Made by a program: the position numbers and the translations under genes. Source: Demequinaceae bacterium (GTDB taxonomy: Bacteria > Actinomycetota > Actinomycetes > Actinomycetales > Demequinaceae). Taken from it: DNA of 32,000 bases. Below, piece by piece: positions 26,419-32,000 of this stretch (position 1 is its first letter; the number at the start of each line of letters is the position of its first letter). The notes under the pieces were generated by a model that was not told where the DNA came from, ran no database searches, and was given only the letters and a program-made list of their open reading frames with translations. The stretch covers positions 330,001 to 362,000 of the forward strand of contig OZ252279.1 of NCBI GenBank assembly GCA_965250005.1, given 5' to 3'.

Positions 26419-27585
26419 ATGATGCAATTTTCGCGACTTTTCGGAAGAGGCACGGAAGCCGATGGAGTGATCTCCGGTTCTGTCCGCGTGGACGCTAGCC
26501 CTATGCAACTCGCGCGCCGGCTTCGCAAAGGAGACGTCGCCATCATCGACGTTATGGACCTTGACCAACGCACGGCGGAGGCTATCGCTGAGGCGCAGCC
26601 AGCCGCAGTCCTGAACGCGAAGGAGTCAATCTCGGGCCGCTACCCGAACGGCGGCCCACAGGTTCTTGTTGACGCCGCGATTCCGCTTGTGGACCAGCTC
26701 GGCCACGACTTGCTCACACTTCGCGATGGTGCCAAGGTCCGCATCGAGGGCCCTGATGTGTACTCGGGCGACAAGCAGATCGCAACCGGACTCATTCAGA
26801 CGGCCGCCAGCGTGGCCTCTGCCATGGAGCAGGCGGGCGAGGGCATGAACGTGCAACTCGCGACCTTCACCGCAAACGCGATGGAGCACGTCGCGCACGA
26901 CGCGCCCCTGCTGCTCGAAGGCAAGGGCCTACCGCCCACCAAGGTCAAGTTTCGTGGCCAGCAGGTACTGATTGTCGCTGCGGGGTTCGGTCACGAAGAT
27001 CAGCTCAAGTCTATCCGGGCGTATCTGCGCGACCGGCGGCCTGTCATTATTGCGGTCAGCAACGGCGCCGATGCCGTTATCAAACACGCATATCCGCCAG
27101 CCATCATCATGGGTACGGTCGAATCGGTGTCCGACGAGGCGCTCACGTCCGGAGCGGAACTGGTTCTTCACGACCCCACCGGCGGAGACGCTGGAGTGAG
27201 TCGAGCAGACTCGCTCAACGTCGAACACATCAAATCGGACGCATCCGTCGCCAGCGCAGACCTTGCGATTCTCATGGCCCACGGTGGGGGCGCGACAGTG
27301 ATCGCCACCGTCGGCATTGAAGCGCGCCTGCTCGACTTCCTCGAACAGGGCCAGAATGCGACGGCGTCGACATTCCTGGCGCGCCTGATCGCGGGGGGTG
27401 TCCTCGTGGACGCGACCACGCTCACCAAGGTCTACAGGCATCGCTACTCACCATGGACGCTTGTCGCGCTCGTGTTGTCCGCCCTGTTCGTACTCGGGAA
27501 TGCCCTCGCGCTGACGCCGGGCGGCGCCGCCTGGCTGCGGAGCATCTGGCCATCAGTCTCGAGCTTGTTTGGAGCAACAGCGTGA
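26419..27585 (+). CDS. steA: SteA-like cytokinetic ring protein
   Basis: DVAIIDVMDLDQRTAEAIAEAQPAAVLNAKESISGRYPNGGPQVLVDAAIPLVD; C-terminal TM segment; directly upstream of a steB-like gene. Confidence 0.85.
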   Translation: MMQFSRLFGRGTEADGVISGSVRVDASPMQLARRLRKGDVAIIDVMDLDQRTAEAIAEAQPAAVLNAKESISGRYPNGGPQVLVDAAIPLVDQLGHDLLTLRDGAKVRIEGPDVYSGDKQIATGLIQTAASVASAMEQAGEGMNVQLATFTANAMEHVAHDAPLLLEGKGLPPTKVKFRGQQVLIVAAGFGHEDQLKSIRAYLRDRRPVIIAVSNGADAVIKHAYPPAIIMGTVESVSDEALTSGAELVLHDPTGGDAGVSRADSLNVEHIKSDASVASADLAILMAHGGGATVIATVGIEARLLDFLEQGQNATASTFLARLIAGGVLVDATTLTKVYRHRYSPWTLVALVLSALFVLGNALALTPGGAAWLRSIWPSVSSLFGATA

Positions 27586-28547
27586 TCGACTTCCGGTACC
27601 ACGTGATTTCACTTGTAGCAGTCTTCCTCGCGCTCGCCGTAGGAGTCGTCCTTGGATCGGGGCCGCTCCGGACGGCACTGATCGAGGAGGTCACCAACGA
27701 ATCGGAGCAGCTGCGCGAACAGATCATTGCGGCGAATAGGGAGATCGTTGAAGAGCAAACCGAAGGAATTATCGGAGAGGAATTCGTCGGGGACGCGGCC
27801 GACGTGCTCATCGGGGATGCACTCGCGGGGAAGAACATTGCAATTGTTCGGGTGCACTCGCCGTCGACCGCCGACGTCAACGCGTTGCGCGACAGAATCG
27901 TGACGGCAGGGGCGAACATCACGGCGAACCTCACAATCGAGAACGCGTGGACAGATGGCGACCAGTCCACGTTCCGCGCGTCGTTTGCTCAATCAGTTGC
28001 GCCGAGCGTACTCGGTGTCGAAGCCACGCTTGCCCCCGACCGCCTGCTCGCGCACACGCTCGCGCAGGCGCTGGCGCCCCTCGTGGTGCCCGATGGTGCG
28101 GCCGACGAGGGCACCGACATCAATGTCGACTTTCCGGACTCGTCGTCGGCGACTGACCGCGCCGACGTGCTACTCGACCTGCTCAAGAACGCCGATCTGG
28201 TGTCAGGGACCATCACCGGCACGGTGGACGGCATTGTCGTGATTTCAGGCGACGGCCCCGCTGACGAAGACGTGCGGGCCGCCGAGAGCGCGACGTTTGC
28301 CCAAGTCGCCGGCATTCTCGACGAGTACATGGACTCCGTCGTTGTCGCCAGCGGTCCTGTGACCGTGGGCGATGTGCCAACGGCTCTTCAGTCGTCGGCG
28401 CTTCTAAACGGCAGAATCTCAACCGTCACGCACGCAACCAACTTCTATGGCACCTTCACTGTGGTCCTCGCGCTCGCGCGTGAACTCACGGGAGAGAGCG
28501 GTCATTACGGATATGGAGAAGAGCTCACGTTGTATCCGAGCAACTAG
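27582..28547 (+). CDS. steB: SteB/MctB-like (copper transporter family) membrane-anchored protein
   Basis: [29 protein letters not shown] is characteristic of the family. GTG 27582 overlaps the steA stop. The track start at 27453 is over-extended. Confidence 0.86.
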   Translation: MIDFRYHVISLVAVFLALAVGVVLGSGPLRTALIEEVTNESEQLREQIIAANREIVEEQTEGIIGEEFVGDAADVLIGDALAGKNIAIVRVHSPSTADVNALRDRIVTAGANITANLTIENAWTDGDQSTFRASFAQSVAPSVLGVEATLAPDRLLAHTLAQALAPLVVPDGAADEGTDINVDFPDSSSATDRADVLLDLLKNADLVSGTITGTVDGIVVISGDGPADEDVRAAESATFAQVAGILDEYMDSVVVASGPVTVGDVPTALQSSALLNGRISTVTHATNFYGTFTVVLALARELTGESGHYGYGEELTLYPSN

Positions 28548-28597
28548 CGCCGCGCGTCGGGGACAGGGACCCTCGCGACCCTGTAGCATTGAGGCCC

Positions 28598-30337
28598 GTG
28601 GAGAGAACCAGGCTTTCGGGAGCAGCGGGGCACGTCACCCGCCACATATTCGTCACCGGGGGAGTTGTCTCATCCCTCGGAAAAGGCTTGACGGCTTCGA
28701 GCCTCGGCCGTCTGCTCAGATCGCGCGGTTTGCGCGTGACCATGCAGAAGTTGGATCCGTACCTCAACGTGGATCCCGGCACCATGAACCCCTTCCAGCA
28801 CGGCGAGGTCTTCGTGACTTCCGACGGGGCCGAGACTGACCTAGACATCGGGCACTACGAGCGGTTCCTCGACGTCGAGCTTGGCGCGCTGTCGAACGTG
28901 ACAACGGGTCAGGTGTACTCCCAAGTCATTGCCAAGGAGCGCCGCGGAGAGTACCTGGGCGACACGGTCCAGGTCATCCCGCACATCACTGACGAGATCA
29001 AGAGACGCATGCGTGCGCAGGCGAGCGATGACGTGGACGTCATCATTACCGAGATCGGGGGCACGGTCGGCGACATCGAATCCCAGCCGTTCCTCGAGGC
29101 CGCGCGGCAGGTCCGCCACGACGTCGGACGCGACCACGTCTTCTTTCTTCACGTGTCGCTGGTTCCGTACATTGGACCGGCAGGCGAGCTCAAGACCAAG
29201 CCAACGCAGCACTCCGTCGCCGCGCTTCGCAGCATCGGGATACAACCCGACGCGATCGTGTGCCGATCCGACCGCGATATACCCGATGGCGTCAAAGGCA
29301 AGATCGCCCTGATGTGTGACGTCGAGCCGCAGGCTGTCGTCACCGCCAAAGACGCGCCCAGCATCTACGACATCCCAAAAGTGCTTCACAGCGAAGGCCT
29401 CGACGCCTACGTTGTTCGTCGCCTGAATCTCCCGTTTCGCGACGTCGAGTGGGGAGCGTGGGCAGATCTACTTGAACGCGTACATCACCCCGCTGAAGAC
29501 GTCGAAGTCGCGCTGGTCGGCAAGTACATCGATCTTCCCGACGCCTACCTGTCCGTCAGCGAGGCGCTGCGCGCCGGCGGGTTCCACCACAACGCACGCG
29601 TGAACATACGATGGGTTGCGTCAGACGCGTGCAAGACCCCGGAGGGCGCCGAGGAGGCGCTCGGTGGCGTGGACGCGGTATTGGTTCCGGGTGGTTTTGG
29701 TGTTCGAGGGATCGAAGGCAAACTTGGTGCCCTCACCTGGGCGCGCGAAAAGAAGGTACCCACCCTCGGAATCTGCCTCGGACTTCAGTGCATGGTGATC
29801 GAGTACGCGCGCACGGTCCTGGGTATCGAGGGCGCGTCCAGCACTGAATTCGACGACGACCCAAAGCATCGCGTAGTTGCGACTATGGAGGAGCAGCTCG
29901 CGATCGTTGACGGAAACGGAAACCTCGGCGGCACGATGCGCCTGGGTGAGTTCCAGGCTGTCCTGACTCCTGGCTCGCTTGTGGCGGAGACGTATGGCAA
30001 GACGACGGTAGGCGAGCGACACCGCCACCGGTACGAGGTCAACAACAAATATCGTGAGCAGTTGGAGGGCGCGGGGTTTGTAGTCTCCGGCGAATCGCCC
30101 GACAGTTCGCTAGTTGAATTCGTTGAACTGCCGCGCGAGGTGCACCCTTATTACGTCGCGACACAGTCGCACCCAGAATTCCTGTCCCGCCCGACTAAAG
30201 CGCATCCTCTGTTTTCTGGACTTATCGCCGCCGCGATCGCGAAAAAGGCGGGCGCGGTCGAATCCAGTGCCGCAGCACAGCCAGATGTAGCCGGTGTCGC
30301 GGCCAAGCCCGGTCCAGCCGCTTTGGCAGCGTCTTAG
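28598..30337 (+). CDS. pyrG: CTP synthase
   Basis: [60 protein letters not shown]...[15 protein letters not shown]. The start could be GTG 28598 or TTG 28589. Confidence 0.97.
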   Translation: MERTRLSGAAGHVTRHIFVTGGVVSSLGKGLTASSLGRLLRSRGLRVTMQKLDPYLNVDPGTMNPFQHGEVFVTSDGAETDLDIGHYERFLDVELGALSNVTTGQVYSQVIAKERRGEYLGDTVQVIPHITDEIKRRMRAQASDDVDVIITEIGGTVGDIESQPFLEAARQVRHDVGRDHVFFLHVSLVPYIGPAGELKTKPTQHSVAALRSIGIQPDAIVCRSDRDIPDGVKGKIALMCDVEPQAVVTAKDAPSIYDIPKVLHSEGLDAYVVRRLNLPFRDVEWGAWADLLERVHHPAEDVEVALVGKYIDLPDAYLSVSEALRAGGFHHNARVNIRWVASDACKTPEGAEEALGGVDAVLVPGGFGVRGIEGKLGALTWAREKKVPTLGICLGLQCMVIEYARTVLGIEGASSTEFDDDPKHRVVATMEEQLAIVDGNGNLGGTMRLGEFQAVLTPGSLVAETYGKTTVGERHRHRYEVNNKYREQLEGAGFVVSGESPDSSLVEFVELPREVHPYYVATQSHPEFLSRPTKAHPLFSGLIAAAIAKKAGAVESSAAAQPDVAGVAAKPGPAALAAS

Positions 30338-30997
30338 TTGGCGCGGCGCGGGAAGTCCTCGGCGAAGGAACGGGCTGGCGCGCTCCCGCTTGCGGATGCG
30401 CCGTCGCATCGGCACGTGCTTGAGCGCAGGGTCGCTTTTGAGGGACACGTTTGGGACATCGTCTCGGAGACCATAGATCTTGGCGATGACGTGATTGTCC
30501 ACCGCGACTATGTCGATCACCCGGGTGCCGTAGCGATCGTAGCCATGCGCGACTCTGGCGAGGTTCTGCTGCTGCAGCAATACCGCCACCCGGTCGGGCG
30601 CGAAATTTGGGAGCCGCCGGCCGGCCTGCTCGACTCGCCGATCGAGGAACCGCTCGACGCCGCCAAGCGGGAGCTCTTCGAGGAAGCCGACCTCGAGGCA
30701 GACACCTGGCATGTACTGCTAGACCTGATGACGTCGCCTGGGGGAAGTTCTGAAGCAATAAGAATCTACCTGGCGCGCGACCTGCGCGAGGTTCCTGCGC
30801 CGCAGCGATTTACCCGCGAAGCGGAAGAGAAGGATATGGTGCCGCGTTGGGTGACCGTCGACGAGGCACTTGAGGCGGTGATCGCTGGAAAGATATCCGG
30901 ACCGACTGCGGTATCGGGGCTCTTCGCAGTTGATGCCGCCCGCCGCGCGAAATGGCGGACACTCAAACGGGCCGACGCGGACTGGGATCGACCGTAA
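30338..30997 (+). CDS. NUDIX hydrolase, ADP-ribose pyrophosphatase type
   Basis: GLLDSPIEEPLDAAKRELFEEADLEADTW NUDIX box and downstream SPGGSSEAIRIYLARDL. TTG start abuts the pyrG stop. Confidence 0.92.
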   Translation: MARRGKSSAKERAGALPLADAPSHRHVLERRVAFEGHVWDIVSETIDLGDDVIVHRDYVDHPGAVAIVAMRDSGEVLLLQQYRHPVGREIWEPPAGLLDSPIEEPLDAAKRELFEEADLEADTWHVLLDLMTSPGGSSEAIRIYLARDLREVPAPQRFTREAEEKDMVPRWVTVDEALEAVIAGKISGPTAVSGLFAVDAARRAKWRTLKRADADWDRP

Positions 30998-31038
30998 ACT
31001 TCGCGAGCGCACGGGCTACGCGCACCGCGGCCACACAC

Positions 31039-31695
31039 CTATTCGATTGGCCGAAATACTCCGGTGATGCTACCTACCGCAAGGACGTGGTCGCGCGACA
31101 GCGAAGTGAACTCCTCGACGCGGAACGAGTCGACCCATTCGAGTTCGGTGTCTAGCGCCCAGACAGTGAACACGTAGTTGTGTCCCGGGTCCGGAGGGCA
31201 CGGACCAAAGTAGCCAGCGGTGCCCGCGTTGCTTACGCCTTCGGCACCGGCGAGCGTCACGCTGGCGCCGGCATCGAGTGAGGTTACGTCGGCGGGAATG
31301 TTCACGTGCAGCCAGTGCGACCAGTTTTGAAACGAGGTGTCGCTCATGGTGAGCGCGAACGTCACCGTGCCTTCCGGGGCTCCCTCCCAAGCGAGTTGTG
31401 GGTTGAGGTTGTCGCCTGTGCATTGGCCGCCAAATGCGCTCGCGCTGAAGCGCGGATCGAGATTGTCGCCGTCAGCGAAGTCGGTACTGGTAAGTGTCAT
31501 GACGCCGATTTCGGCGACGATAACCGTGGGCGTGGGCGTGGGCGTGGGCGTGGGCGTGGGCTCAGGCGCGGCTGAGGGGGAGCAGGCAGCGAGGGCCGAG
31601 GCGAGCACGAGCGCGGTCGCGCCGGTCGCGATGCGGGGAAGGGAACTCGAGGCGGGCTCCAGGAGCGAAATGTCTTTTTTGGTCATGCGGTGCAT
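31039..31695 (-). CDS. YbhB/YbcL (phosphatidylethanolamine-binding protein) family lipoprotein
   Basis: LASALAACSPSAAPEPTPTPTPTPTPT signal and lipobox, then NLNPQLAWEGAPEGTVTFALTMSDT...NWSHWLHVNIP...YFGPCPPDPGHNYVFTVWALD, PEBP core motifs. Confidence 0.9.
   Translation of the reverse strand: MHRMTKKDISLLEPASSSLPRIATGATALVLASALAACSPSAAPEPTPTPTPTPTPTVIVAEIGVMTLTSTDFADGDNLDPRFSASAFGGQCTGDNLNPQLAWEGAPEGTVTFALTMSDTSFQNWSHWLHVNIPADVTSLDAGASVTLAGAEGVSNAGTAGYFGPCPPDPGHNYVFTVWALDTELEWVDSFRVEEFTSLSRDHVLAVGSITGVFRPIE
31525..31560 (-). repeat. Hexanucleotide microsatellite (CGTGGG)x6 inside the PEBP-like gene
   Basis: 36 nt of perfect 6-nt periodicity on the + strand, encoding the Pro-Thr linker on the - strand. 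Confidence 0.95.
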
Positions 31696-31766
31696 TCTCG
31701 CATGGTGGGGGTAGGGTTCTGGAGACGTTCGCGGCGCTGCAATCGAAACGTGACGTGCGCCGTCTT

Positions 31767-32000
31767 TCAGTGCGTCGCTACGCGAAGCGCCCGGGCCCTC
31801 TGCGTCAGCGCGAACATCGCGGAATGCGCGACGGTAAACACGCCGATGCCGAGGAGGTGGATGCCCACGACGAGTGCTGGCAGTCCGTTGAAGTACTGGA
31901 TGTAGCCGACCGCTCCTTGCGCCAACGTGGCGACGATCATGAATACCACCGAAGCGCGCGCGGCATGATCGCCATCCTCAGCCCTGCGGCGCCACAGCGA
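31767..32000 (-). CDS. ctaA: COX15/CtaA family heme A synthase, C-terminal fragment cut by the right window edge
   Basis: The minus frame is open from the edge: SLWRRRAEDGDHAARASVVFMIVATLAQGAVGYIQYFNGLPALVVGIHLLGIGVFTVAHSAMFALTQRARALRVATH*, resembling the last TM helices of actinobacterial CtaA. Confidence 0.72.
   Translation of the reverse strand, partial: SLWRRRAEDGDHAARASVVFMIVATLAQGAVGYIQYFNGLPALVVGIHLLGIGVFTVAHSAMFALTQRARALRVATH

Noticed and set aside
26323-26573. Minus-strand ORFs spanning the recN-steA junction
   Set aside because: They overlap confidently assigned genes and have no recognisable domains.

Overview
This is a high-GC actinobacterial chromosomal segment. The arg gene order, the tlyA-nadK-recN-steA-steB-pyrG order and the rRNA features suggest a non-mycobacterial lineage, possibly Micrococcales; this is an inference. 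From left to right it contains: a partial NAD-dependent epimerase; a protein with an exact 3x45-bp lysine/alanine repeat tail; a GNAT acetyltransferase; a small lipoprotein; the arginine block argC-J-B-D-F-R-G-H; two abutting, related small membrane proteins; a second small lipoprotein; a P-loop uridine-kinase-like protein; tyrS; a complete rrn operon (16S-23S-5S, no spacer tRNA) with a good promoter, recognisable processing stems and a terminator; a block of TPR-like protein, HAD hydrolase, a 56-aa ORF missing from the supplied track, tlyA, NAD kinase, recN, steA, steB/mctB-like, pyrG and NUDIX; a PEBP-like lipoprotein; and a partial ctaA-like gene. I found no CRISPR array, transposon, phage module or obvious defence system. 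The best candidate for something undescribed is the tandem pair of small membrane proteins at 11392-12141. One has an acidic segment of four 11-residue repeats and the other has a polybasic C-terminal tail. Most of the rest is housekeeping sequence.
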